From sequence record MN518894.2: a DNA stretch of 39,197 nucleotides; one strand, 5' to 3'. Numbering within the stretch: position 1 is the first letter of the stretch; every line of letters starts with the position of its first letter. Source of the stretch: Escherichia virus LS2. Below the pieces are notes generated by a model. That model made no database searches. It saw only the letters and a list, made by a program, of their open reading frames with translations, and had not been told where the DNA came from. Position numbers and translations under genes: made by a program. Positions 26,638 to 36,285 of this stretch are shown here, piece after piece.

Positions 26638-28920
26638 ATGGCTAGTAATATTGAATCAGCTCTGGCTAATCGGACTATTGGTCGTGGCAGAGCGCCTGGT
26701 AAAACTATCGCCGTCAACTATCAAGCAGCCAGCGTTCAGGCTCCAACTGGTGACTCCGGTCTGGCTCGTGCGTTAACTAACTTCGTTGAGTCTGGGACAG
26801 GATTGTACAAGCAGTTCAAGGACGAGGAGAAGACCAGAGCTGACGAGCGGTCTAACGAGATTATCCGTAAGCTGACTCCTCAGCAAAGACGTGAGGCTAT
26901 CCAGAACGGCACATTGCTGTATCAGGATGACCCTTACGCTATGGAAGCACTTCGAGTCAAGACTGGTCGTAATGCTGCCTTTGCTGTAGACGACGAGATT
27001 AACGTTAAGATTCAGAACGGTGAGTTCCGTACACGTCAGGACATGGAAGAGTATCGCCACCAGCGACTTCAGGACGCCGCTAAGTCCTATGCTGAAGAGG
27101 CAGGTATTAACCCTACAGACGAGTTCTTCCAGCGTGGGTTCAACGATAACATCACAGACCGCAACATCGCTATCTACGGGTCATTCAATAAGTATTTCAG
27201 CAAGCAGTCTGAAGAGACAGCAATGTTGAACACTCGTATTGAGATGAACTCGTTCCTTAACGATGGGGACCTGATGCGTTCGCCTGAGTCTGGAAAGACC
27301 TTCATGGCCTACCTTCGGGATGGACTAACGACTGCCGCTATCCCTTCGGACCAGCGAGCACGAGAGGTAATTACCCAGACGGTACGTGACGCAATCCAGA
27401 AGTCTGGAGGCTCAAACTTCCTACAGCAAGTGCGAGGAGAGCGAATCACCCTTAATGGTGTGGACGCTACAGTCGAAGAGATTGTAGGACCTGATGTCTT
27501 CAACGCTGCTATTGTTGAGGCACAAGGAACTGAGTACAAGCTGGTGGCTAAGTATCAGGAAGACTTAGCGTTAGGCGTTCAGTCTGCGATTCTTCAGGAT
27601 GACCCAACCATTGGTCTTTCCCAGATTCAGAAACTCAAGGAGCAGAACAACCTGCTTCAGCCGGGTGAAGAACTAACGCCTCAGCGTCAGATGCTTATTA
27701 ATGCCGAAGCCAGCTTACTGGAAGCGGTCAAGCGTAAGTCTGCTGAACAGGCAAAGGAGAACACTAAGTTAATCCAGACCCAGAACAAGCAACTGGTCAT
27801 CGACCAAGTTTATCAGCGACGTCTGGCTGGGGACAACGTGTCCACCAACTATGAGGACCTTCCGGTCTCTGAAGCTACAGGAGAGTTCAAGCGTTCAGAC
27901 ATGAACAACTATGCGTCTGCCAAGCTACATCAGATTGACCAGATGGACATCCCTGAGGCTGCTAAAGACGCACAGAAGGTGGCATTGTTAAGGGCTGACA
28001 CTAACAATGGTCCGTTCCGTAATGCCTTCCAGACGCTGACTCAGGACGCTGCTGGTGAGTGGCAAGCTGCGGTCATCCGTGGGCAGTACGACCCAGACAA
28101 GATGCAACGCTTCGAATCTCTTCGTCGTGCCTACACTCAGGACCCTTCAAGTTTTGCTGCTCTGTATCCCGACCAAGCTCAGTTGTTCTCTACGTTCGAC
28201 CAGATGGACAAGATGGGTCTGGACCCTCAGACGATGATTGAAGCTGATAAGCAAGCTGCAAGTCAAAGCCGTGAGATGCGCATGGAGTCAGACAAGGCGT
28301 GGCAGGAGTTGAAGAATGACTCCAAGAATAAGGACCTTTCGCGTCTTCCTACGTCTCTGGACGCAAGTGCTCGTAAGGTCTGGGACTCATGGTACTATCG
28401 TACAGGTAACGCTGACGCTGCAACGCAGCAGACTCAACGCTGGCTGAATGAGAACACCGTAACGTTCCAGTCTGAAGGTTCTGACGGTAAGTCCGTCGGC
28501 ATGGTGTCCAAGCACCAGCTTATGGTCGGGGATAACCCAGAGTCGTGGCAGGTTGGTCGAGACATTATCGACACCGCTCGTAAGCAGCTCATTAAGGCCA
28601 ACCCTTGGGTAGTGAACTCTCAGTTGTCCGTTGTTGAACAGAACGGCTCTATCTTCCTCCAAGACGCTACAGGAACTATTCGTATTCGGTACGATAAAGA
28701 ACTTGTAGGTAAACTCTACCGCGAACAACAGCAGAAGGCACAAGATGCCGCATACGCTCAGGCAGAACGTGACGCTAACAAGCGAGCGCGTATAGTCGGT
28801 ACTAAAGCTGCTGGTGACAAACGTCGAGCTGACCGAGAGGCCAACATCGAGAAGCGCGGTGGGATGTATAATGACGTCTCACTGGAGGGTATCGCAAACG
28901 TACTAATTGGTAAGGAGTAA
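26638..28920 (+). CDS. gp15: Internal virion protein B (T7 gp15 homolog)
   Basis: ADERSNEIIRKLTPQQRREAIQNGTLLYQDDPYAMEALRVKTGRNAA is near-identical to T7 gp15. Confidence 0.95.
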   Translation: MASNIESALANRTIGRGRAPGKTIAVNYQAASVQAPTGDSGLARALTNFVESGTGLYKQFKDEEKTRADERSNEIIRKLTPQQRREAIQNGTLLYQDDPYAMEALRVKTGRNAAFAVDDEINVKIQNGEFRTRQDMEEYRHQRLQDAAKSYAEEAGINPTDEFFQRGFNDNITDRNIAIYGSFNKYFSKQSEETAMLNTRIEMNSFLNDGDLMRSPESGKTFMAYLRDGLTTAAIPSDQRAREVITQTVRDAIQKSGGSNFLQQVRGERITLNGVDATVEEIVGPDVFNAAIVEAQGTEYKLVAKYQEDLALGVQSAILQDDPTIGLSQIQKLKEQNNLLQPGEELTPQRQMLINAEASLLEAVKRKSAEQAKENTKLIQTQNKQLVIDQVYQRRLAGDNVSTNYEDLPVSEATGEFKRSDMNNYASAKLHQIDQMDIPEAAKDAQKVALLRADTNNGPFRNAFQTLTQDAAGEWQAAVIRGQYDPDKMQRFESLRRAYTQDPSSFAALYPDQAQLFSTFDQMDKMGLDPQTMIEADKQAASQSREMRMESDKAWQELKNDSKNKDLSRLPTSLDASARKVWDSWYYRTGNADAATQQTQRWLNENTVTFQSEGSDGKSVGMVSKHQLMVGDNPESWQVGRDIIDTARKQLIKANPWVVNSQLSVVEQNGSIFLQDATGTIRIRYDKELVGKLYREQQQKAQDAAYAQAERDANKRARIVGTKAAGDKRRADREANIEKRGGMYNDVSLEGIANVLIGKE

Positions 28921-28924
28921 CATA

Positions 28925-31900
28925 ATGGCGACTCGTGGTATTCGCAATAACAATCCGGGTAACATCCGGGTAAGTAAGGACCAATGGGAAGGAATGACTG
29001 GAGATGATGGCGCATTCGTCACCTTCGATAGTCCAGAGTCTGGCGTCCGAGCTTTAGGTAAAAACCTGCTGTCCTACGGTCGCCAAGGCTATGACTCCAT
29101 CGAGAAGATTATCAACCGATGGGCACCTCCTAACGAGAACGACACTAAGGCTTATATCGACTCAGTGGTGGCTGCAACTGGTATTCCAGCTACCCAGAGT
29201 CTCGACCTATCGAACCCGGACACCCTGTCTGCTCTGGCGCAAGCTATCAGCTTCCATGAGACAGGCTCCCGGTACAATCCTGAAGTCTATCAGAAGGGAG
29301 TCGAAAGAGCACTTAACGGCATTAGCCCAAAGACTCCACCAGTAAGCGCTAACGTATTTGACGCACTCACGGAAGGACTCAAGGCTAAACCTAAAGTAGC
29401 TCTGGGCGAGAACCTTCCGAACGCTGCTGGTCTGAACATTGAGGGTCAAGCATCTGAAGCTCCCAACGAATCGTTCGGTGAGATGTTCTATAAGTCTACT
29501 GGCGAGACCATGCAGGAACGAGAGGACCGCTCTACGTGGTTCGGTTTCGGTGAGGCTACAAAAGCTGAAGTGAAGAACTCTATGATCGGCGTGGCTATCC
29601 GCGCTGGTCAGACCGAGGACTCACTGGATGTCATTGGTGATGTTTTCAACCCGACACGCTGGAACAACCATAAGTGGTCCCGTGAGGAGCTGGACCAGAT
29701 TCGTAACGCTGGGGTCCTACCTCAGTATTACGGGGTCATTACTGGTGGCTCCCCTCAGAACCTGACCGAGCTTATTAACTTGGCGCTTGAGAACCAGAAG
29801 TTGGACCAAGAGAAGGCCAAGGCAGGGATTGGTGCTCAGTTAGCTGCTGGTGTGATTGGTGCTGGTGTAGACCCGCTGACCTACGTTCCTATAGCTGGAC
29901 AGGTTGGTAAAGGTGGTAAGCTGGTCAACAAGATGTTCACCGTGGCTGCTCAATCTGGAGCACTGTCTGGTGTGTCAGAGATGGCCCGTACCTCAGTGGC
30001 TGGTGGTGACGCTCATGTGGCTGAAGCTATCCTTGGTGGTGCTCTCTTCGGTGGAGGGATGACTGCTATCGCTGATGGTTTAGGCAGAGCCTTAGGTCGC
30101 AACACTAATGAGTTTGCTGGCCCAGCTACACGTCTGGAAGCTCGTGAGACCGCTCGTAACGTTGATGGTCAGGACCTGTCTCGTCTCCCTATTCAGGAAG
30201 GTGAGCAGACCTTTAGTCATCAAGGCGTTAAGTTCGCTGACGTTCCGAATGAGCCGGGTAGTGTACGACTTGAAGATGGATCAATCCTGATTGGTGAGAA
30301 CCCTCTTAACCCTAAGACACGTCAAGTCTTTGACGAAGTGATTGAGCCTGAACGTGCCGCTGCTGGTGTGAACCTTGGTGGGCTAACTGAGATTGGCCTG
30401 AAGCTGCTTCGGTCCGAGAACCCTGAGATTCGTGGAGTCGCTGCCGACTTAGTGCGTTCACCGACTGGTATGCAGTCGAGGGCCTCAGGTAAAATCGGGA
30501 CCACTGCGTCAGACGTATTCGAGAGACTTCGTGCTGTGGACCATCGGTTCTACAACGACATCGACGATGCTGTTACTGAGGCACTCAAGGACCCTTACTT
30601 CCAGACAGCATTCTGGCGAGACTCTGGCGCATTCCGTCAAGACATCTATCAGCGTGTGTCTATGGCTATCGAAGATGGTAGCGGAAACCTGAAGGCTGAA
30701 CTGACTACGGGAGAACTGAAAGTCTATGACCTGCTGAAGAACCAGTTCGACGCCAAGCGTGAGATGATGGAGAACCCAGCTATGTTTGGTCGCCAAGACG
30801 CTCAGTCTATCTTCCCGGGTAGCCGCTTCAAGGGGACCTACGTCCCTCATGTGTATAGCAAACAGATGAAGGAGCTGTACATCAAGGAGCTTGGGAGTCC
30901 AGAGGCGTTGCAGGAGGCCATCAAGAAGTCATGGTTGACCAGCTATGCGTCTCGACCTGAAGTCAAGAAACGCGTGGACGAGGCACTCTTAGAGGCTGAC
31001 CCTACGTTGACTCCAGAAGGACTTGCTGCTGCGGTCGATAAGTACGCCAACGATAAGGCTTACGGTATCTCTCACACCGAGCAGTTCGAACGTTCATCCG
31101 TAATGGAAGAGAACATCAACGGTCTGGTTGGTCTGGAGAACAACAGCTTCCTTGAGGCTCGTAACCTGTTCGATAGTGATATGTCAATCGTCCTGCCTAA
31201 CGGTCAGACCTTCAGTGTCAACAACCTGCGTGAGTGGGACATGGACAAGATTGTCCCGGCCTACAACCGTCGAGTTAATGGCGATATTGCTATCATGGCT
31301 GGTACAGGCAAAACCACGAAGGACATGAAGGACTTGGTTGAGACCATGATGAACAAGGCTGGGGATGACGGTAAGTTGAAAGGTGAGGTATCTACCTTAC
31401 GTGACACCTTGAAGATTCTCACCGGTCGTGCTCGACGTGATGGGGCTGATGATGCAGCCTTCGCTACAGTGATGCGTACAATGACAGACCTATCGTTCTT
31501 CGCTAAGAATGCCTACATGGGTGTTCAGAACTTAACGGAGATTGGTGGTATGCTGGCTCGTGGTAACGTTCGTGCAATGCTTCATGGAGTCCCGATGTTC
31601 CGTGACCTAGCCTTCCGTAACAAGAAGGTCGGAGCCTCAGAGATTAAGGACCTGCACAATGTTATCTTCGGTAAGGAACTTGATGACTCAATCCGTCCAT
31701 CTAAACAGGATGTCATTGACCGTCTGCGCTCCTATAGCGACTTAGGCCGCTGGGCAGCTACAGCTCTGGGGACTGCCAAGTATTACACTGGTGAACTTGC
31801 AGTACGCTCTCCGTTCACTAAAGTCCTCAACGGTACGACAAACTACCTGTTAGATGCTGGACGTCAAGGATTCCTGTCCGACATCGTGGAACATAGTCTG

Positions 31901-32812
31901 ACTGGCAGTAAGCGTCGGTTCGATGACCGCTGGCTTAAGACCGCTGGTATCTCCGACGAGCAGTGGAAGGGCATTAAGTCCCTAATCAGTGAGTCAGTGA
32001 CTCGAGGTCCAGACGGGAAGTATACCATCAAGGATAAGAAGGCGTTCAGTCAGGACCCAAGGGCTATGGACCTGTGGCGTATGGGTGACACCATCGCTGA
32101 CGAAACGTTACCCCGGCCCCACAAGCTGTCAAACATGGACGCCAAGGCTTATGGTCCTCTCGCTAAGACTGTCCTTCAGTTTAAGAACTTCGTCATCAAG
32201 TCCATCAATGGACGTACCATGCGAACCTTCTATAACGCCACGAAGAACAACCGAGCGATGGACGCTGCTCTGTCCACTGTGATCTCTATGGGTCTTGCTG
32301 GTATCTACTACATGGCTCAGGCGCATGTCAAGGCTTACGCTATGCAGGATGGTCGAGACCGTGACTACCTCAAGCAAGCTCTGGACCCGACGATGATTGA
32401 ATATGCAGCTCTATCACGTAGTTCACACCTTGGTGGACCACTTGGGGTAGCTAACATTCTGGGCGGAATCGCTGGGTATGAGGACACTAAGATGCTCCGT
32501 TCGTCTATCCTACCTCGTTCGCCTACAGAGAAGCCTGAACGTGCCATCGCGTATGGTGCGGCTACAAGTGACCCTGTTATGAATGTTGTTGGTAACTTCT
32601 TGGAGCAGGTTCCAGCTTTCGGATATGCTGCTAACGTTGGCGCTTCGGCTTACAACTTGGCTGGCTACCTCAAGGCTGATACTCGCGTCAACGAGCGTGA
32701 CTACATGACCGGGATGTATAATACGTTCCGTGAACTGGTTCCGAACGACCCAACTACCCAGAAGCTGTTGCTTGGAACGTTTGAGGAGCAAGGCATCCAC
32801 ATCAAGGACTAA
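28925..32812 (+). CDS. gp16: Internal virion protein C (T7 gp16 homolog) with a non-T7 N-terminal domain (about 190 aa)
   Basis: From about residue 190 co-linear with T7 gp16 (TRWN.H.W..EEL..IR, VTGGSP.NL, ARETARN, LVRSPTGMQS, NPAMFG, GTYVPHVY, EARNLFDSD, ILTGRARR); AAGGAG 7 nt upstream of ATG 28925. Confidence 0.93.
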   Translation: MATRGIRNNNPGNIRVSKDQWEGMTGDDGAFVTFDSPESGVRALGKNLLSYGRQGYDSIEKIINRWAPPNENDTKAYIDSVVAATGIPATQSLDLSNPDTLSALAQAISFHETGSRYNPEVYQKGVERALNGISPKTPPVSANVFDALTEGLKAKPKVALGENLPNAAGLNIEGQASEAPNESFGEMFYKSTGETMQEREDRSTWFGFGEATKAEVKNSMIGVAIRAGQTEDSLDVIGDVFNPTRWNNHKWSREELDQIRNAGVLPQYYGVITGGSPQNLTELINLALENQKLDQEKAKAGIGAQLAAGVIGAGVDPLTYVPIAGQVGKGGKLVNKMFTVAAQSGALSGVSEMARTSVAGGDAHVAEAILGGALFGGGMTAIADGLGRALGRNTNEFAGPATRLEARETARNVDGQDLSRLPIQEGEQTFSHQGVKFADVPNEPGSVRLEDGSILIGENPLNPKTRQVFDEVIEPERAAAGVNLGGLTEIGLKLLRSENPEIRGVAADLVRSPTGMQSRASGKIGTTASDVFERLRAVDHRFYNDIDDAVTEALKDPYFQTAFWRDSGAFRQDIYQRVSMAIEDGSGNLKAELTTGELKVYDLLKNQFDAKREMMENPAMFGRQDAQSIFPGSRFKGTYVPHVYSKQMKELYIKELGSPEALQEAIKKSWLTSYASRPEVKKRVDEALLEADPTLTPEGLAAAVDKYANDKAYGISHTEQFERSSVMEENINGLVGLENNSFLEARNLFDSDMSIVLPNGQTFSVNNLREWDMDKIVPAYNRRVNGDIAIMAGTGKTTKDMKDLVETMMNKAGDDGKLKGEVSTLRDTLKILTGRARRDGADDAAFATVMRTMTDLSFFAKNAYMGVQNLTEIGGMLARGNVRAMLHGVPMFRDLAFRNKKVGASEIKDLHNVIFGKELDDSIRPSKQDVIDRLRSYSDLGRWAATALGTAKYYTGELAVRSPFTKVLNGTTNYLLDAGRQGFLSDIVEHSLTGSKRRFDDRWLKTAGISDEQWKGIKSLISESVTRGPDGKYTIKDKKAFSQDPRAMDLWRMGDTIADETLPRPHKLSNMDAKAYGPLAKTVLQFKNFVIKSINGRTMRTFYNATKNNRAMDAALSTVISMGLAGIYYMAQAHVKAYAMQDGRDRDYLKQALDPTMIEYAALSRSSHLGGPLGVANILGGIAGYEDTKMLRSSILPRSPTEKPERAIAYGAATSDPVMNVVGNFLEQVPAFGYAANVGASAYNLAGYLKADTRVNERDYMTGMYNTFRELVPNDPTTQKLLLGTFEEQGIHIKD

Positions 32813-32830
32813 ACTATCACTATAGGAAAC
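32808..32830 (+). promoter_or_regulatory. Phage-RNAP promoter (+1 near 32825), phi17 equivalent
   Basis: gactaaactatcactata G gaaac. Confidence 0.8.
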
Positions 32831-32876
32831 GGGAGGCGCTACCATAGGTCTCCGTTTAAATCACAAAGGAGGCATA

Positions 32877-35576
32877 ATGTCCACGATTACACAATTCCCT
32901 TCAGGAAACACTCGTTACAGGATTGAGTTCGACTACCTAGCCAGAACGTTTGTTGTTGTTACGCTGGTGAATAGCTCTAACCCTGCCCTGAACCGTGTAC
33001 TGGAAGTTGGTCGAGATTACCGATTCCTTAATCCAACGATGATTGAGATGTTGGTTGACCAATCAGGTTTCGACATCGTTCGTATTCACCGTCAGACTGG
33101 AACTGACTTAGTGGTAGACTTCAGGAATGGCTCAGTGTTGACAGCTAGTGACCTGACCAATGCAGAGCTTCAGGCTATCCATATTGCAGAAGAAGGTCGA
33201 GACCAAACTGTTGACTTAGCGAAGGAATATGCCGATGCTGCTGGTAACTCTGCTGGCAACGCTAAGGATAGCGAGGACGAAGCACGACGAATCGCTGAGA
33301 GTATCAAGGCATCTGGTCTGCGAGGCTATATTACCCGTCGCTCCTTCGAGAAAGGCTTCAACGTTACAATATGGAACGAGGTACTGCTATGGGAAGAGGA
33401 TGGTGATTATTACCGATGGGATGGTGGACTGCCAAAAAACGTACCTGTTGGTTCAACTCCTGAAACGTCTGGCGGCGTTGGTTTGGGTGCGTGGGTTAGT
33501 GTTGGTGATGCGTCATTGCGCGCCCGGCCTGCCGAAAAACGTGCCGGTGGGCAGCACCCCGGAAACCAGCGGCGGCGTTGGCGCGATAACGGCGATCCGC
33601 GCGGCTGGGGCGCGATTGGCGATGGCGTGACCGATGATACCCTGGCGCTGCAGGCGTGCTTTGATACCGCGACCTGCGATATTGATCTGGGCGGCAAAAC
33701 CTATCTGGTGCGCAAAAACCCGACCCTGGCGGCGACCTATCCGAACGAACCGGATTTTAGCGATGGCAGCTATAACTATAGCCCGTGCCTGGCGCTGGTG
33801 GGCAAAAAAAACATTAAAATTCATAACGGCGCGCTGATTGTGGAAACCCATGGCCTGGATGCGATTAGCCTGATTGCGTGCGAACATGTGACCGTGGATC
33901 TGACCATTAAAGGCCCGGGCATTTTTCCGGCGATTGATACCCCGACCGGCTATGCGGAAAAAGGCGAAGCGAACTTTGGCTATGATAGCAGCCTGCTGCT
34001 GGCGCCGAACAACGCGCTGGATACCAGCGCGTATACCGGCGGCGCGTATGCGGGCGTGGCGGGCCAGTTTCCGAAATATAACGCGGATGGCAGCCAGGCG
34101 AGCGGCTGGCAGAGCACCTGGGGCACCTTTCTGGGCGGCTATATTGGCAGCTGGGCGTGCGGCGTGAAAGTGCAGCGCGCGTGCCGCGGCATTCTGATTA
34201 ACGATTGCGATATTAGCGGCTTTAACTTTGGCGCGGTGGGCATTGGCATTCGCAACACCGCGGCGGCGTATGGCGCGAGCGATTATACCACCGATGCGGA
34301 TATTCCGGATGGCGTGATGGTGATTAACACCCGCATTCGCAAATGCTATAGCGCGGGCATTTATGTGCTGAGCGGCTATCGCCTGAACTATATGGCGAAC
34401 AACATTGAAGATATTGGCCATCCGAACGGCAACGATGCGCTGAACGCGAGCTATGATCCGGGCTATGGCATTACCCATGGCCGCAACCGCCGCATTCGCA
34501 ACGTGACCATTACCGAAAACATGATTCGCAACTGCCGCCGCAAATGCATTGATTTTCATGGCGGCGGCCAGGCGATTATTGCGAAAAACCATTGCCTGGA
34601 ACATGGCGTGGTGGGCATTTATGCGAAATGCGGCCCGGGCTGGAGCCCGAACTATGAACCGTATAACCTGATTATTGCGGATAACTATGTGCGCAGCCGC
34701 GATGTGCCGGCGAGCGAAACCACCGGCCCGCTGATTGGCGCGAAATATACCCGCAGCATTGATGTGGGCGGCGGCGGCGAAGCGACCCAGGCGACCTATC
34801 CGGATCCGTTTGTGAAAATTCATAACAACTATTGCGAACTGCGCGCGTATGATGGCGTGGCGATTAGCACCGGCGCGGGCGATGATAACTATAACGTGTT
34901 TATGGATATTGATGTGAGCCATAACACCGTGGTGCTGAAATGCAACACCCCGAACAACTTTGCGGAAGGCATTGGCATTAACGCGGGCGCGGCGAGCAAC
35001 AAAGTGTATCGCGGCCAGCGCGTGAAACTGATTGGCAACAGCATTAAACAGCTGAACACCCTGAACCTGACCTATCGCAGCGCGGGCTATAAAATTCAGG
35101 GCATTCCGAAAAGCCTGATTATGCATGGCAACACCCTGGATCTGAACGTGAGCACCCAGAGCTGCAAACTGTGCGATTTTGTGATTGATAGCCGCATTAA
35201 CTATAGCTTTGAAGGCAACCAGGTGCTGAGCTTTAGCGCGCGCGATAGCGCGACCCTGCAGGAAGTGTGGCTGTATGATAACATGAAAATTACCCGCCCG
35301 GCGGCGGCGGCGGCGGCGACCATTAGCGGCAACCTGTTTCGCGGCATTTGGCAGGTGTGCATTGCGGGCACCGGCGATGCGTTTGGCGCGAAACAGACCC
35401 AGTTTGCGAGCACCGGCAGCGGCGGCACCGGCTTTGATGTGGTGCGCAGCGCGACCACCGGCTTTATTGCGACCTTTGGCATTGGCGCGAGCGGCCTGAT
35501 TGTGCCGGCGGTGACCCAGGAAAGCCAGGTGCAGATTAACCTGAAACTGGTGAGCAGCCTGGATAGCGTGGCGTAA
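32877..35576 (+). CDS. gp17: Tailspike / tail fiber (gp17 position): native T7-like N-terminal anchor (to about 33528) fused to a recoded pectate-lyase-like beta-helix (depolymerase-type) domain
   Basis: N-terminus resembles the T7 gp17 tail-binding domain (FDYLARTFVVVTL...); body contains WGAIGDGVTDDTLALQACF; single uninterrupted 899-codon ORF. Confidence 0.9.
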   Translation: MSTITQFPSGNTRYRIEFDYLARTFVVVTLVNSSNPALNRVLEVGRDYRFLNPTMIEMLVDQSGFDIVRIHRQTGTDLVVDFRNGSVLTASDLTNAELQAIHIAEEGRDQTVDLAKEYADAAGNSAGNAKDSEDEARRIAESIKASGLRGYITRRSFEKGFNVTIWNEVLLWEEDGDYYRWDGGLPKNVPVGSTPETSGGVGLGAWVSVGDASLRARPAEKRAGGQHPGNQRRRWRDNGDPRGWGAIGDGVTDDTLALQACFDTATCDIDLGGKTYLVRKNPTLAATYPNEPDFSDGSYNYSPCLALVGKKNIKIHNGALIVETHGLDAISLIACEHVTVDLTIKGPGIFPAIDTPTGYAEKGEANFGYDSSLLLAPNNALDTSAYTGGAYAGVAGQFPKYNADGSQASGWQSTWGTFLGGYIGSWACGVKVQRACRGILINDCDISGFNFGAVGIGIRNTAAAYGASDYTTDADIPDGVMVINTRIRKCYSAGIYVLSGYRLNYMANNIEDIGHPNGNDALNASYDPGYGITHGRNRRIRNVTITENMIRNCRRKCIDFHGGGQAIIAKNHCLEHGVVGIYAKCGPGWSPNYEPYNLIIADNYVRSRDVPASETTGPLIGAKYTRSIDVGGGGEATQATYPDPFVKIHNNYCELRAYDGVAISTGAGDDNYNVFMDIDVSHNTVVLKCNTPNNFAEGIGINAGAASNKVYRGQRVKLIGNSIKQLNTLNLTYRSAGYKIQGIPKSLIMHGNTLDLNVSTQSCKLCDFVIDSRINYSFEGNQVLSFSARDSATLQEVWLYDNMKITRPAAAAAATISGNLFRGIWQVCIAGTGDAFGAKQTQFASTGSGGTGFDVVRSATTGFIATFGIGASGLIVPAVTQESQVQINLKLVSSLDSVA

Positions 35577-35729
35577 GAATGCCTGTGGCTGGAAGCGGCG
35601 TTTCAGCGCCGCCGCTGCGAACGCATTGAAAGCCGCCTGACCGAACTGGAACTGATTATTAAAAAAGCGAAAGAAATTGAATCATAACAACTTTGGGTCA
35701 CGGACGACCCGCTTTAAACTGGAGGTTTT

Positions 35730-35924
35730 ATGATTGAGTTAGACTTCAAGAATGAGGTCCTTAAAGCCTCTCCTATAGTCGGGACCGCTGCGGCTGATGG
35801 TGCCAGTCGGTTCTTCTTTGGACTTACACTGAACGAATGGTTCTACGTTGCAGCTATCGCGTACACCGTTGTCCAGATTGGTGTGCTAGTCTACAAAACG
35901 ATTAAAGGAGGTGGTAAAACATGA
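35730..35924 (+). CDS. gp17.5: Class II holin (T7 gp17.5 homolog)
   Basis: SPIVGTAAADGASRFFFGLTLNEWFYVAAIAYTVVQIG matches the T7 holin. Confidence 0.9.
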   Translation: MIELDFKNEVLKASPIVGTAAADGASRFFFGLTLNEWFYVAAIAYTVVQIGVLVYKTIKGGGKT

Positions 35925-36184
35925 CGCAGATGGACTTAGAGAAGTTCCTCTTGATGCTTGATACTGAGCGTGCTCGACTTATGCTGCAAGACTTGCGGGA
36001 TGACACTAAGCGTTCACCTCAGCTCTACAACGCCATTGAGAAGCTGCTTGCTCGTCACAACTTTGTGTTAAGCAAGGTGTCTGTTGACGAGAAGACGCTC
36101 GCTGATATGGAGGCCCTGAACGCAGAGTACGATAAGGTGCTCTCCGCTACGGAAGATAATGACACCGGGTATGGTGTTCAATAA
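35921..36184 (+). CDS. gp18: Terminase small subunit (T7 gp18 homolog)
   Basis: FLLMLDTERARLMLQDLRDDTKRSPQLYNAIEKLLARH matches T7 gp18. Confidence 0.9.
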   Translation: MTQMDLEKFLLMLDTERARLMLQDLRDDTKRSPQLYNAIEKLLARHNFVLSKVSVDEKTLADMEALNAEYDKVLSATEDNDTGYGVQ

Positions 36185-36187
36185 GCG

Positions 36188-36230
36188 TTAGACTCAAGGT
36201 CATTACTGTATGTAGTGGCCTTTATGGTTA
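36188..36230 (+). promoter_or_regulatory. RNase III-type processing site (R18.5-like)
   Basis: ttagactcaaggtcattactgtatgtagtggcctttatggtta. Confidence 0.6.
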
Positions 36231-36285
36231 ACACTAACTAGTGGAGGAGACTCTACGTGCAATCTGATAAACCGGGAGGGCAACT

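Noticed and set aside
33229-33630. 133-aa ORF in the +1 frame inside gene 17
   Set aside because: It is the alternative-frame reading of the native N-terminal region that happens to run into the out-of-frame recoded motif copy. It has no ribosome-binding site and is not an independent gene.
33513-35126. 537-aa minus-strand ORF (Ala/Arg/Ile/Asn-rich) opposite the tailspike gene
   Set aside because: Artifact of the codon-homogeneous plus strand: the recoded sequence is GC3-rich and stop-poor in the antisense frame. The protein is low-complexity and has no start context.
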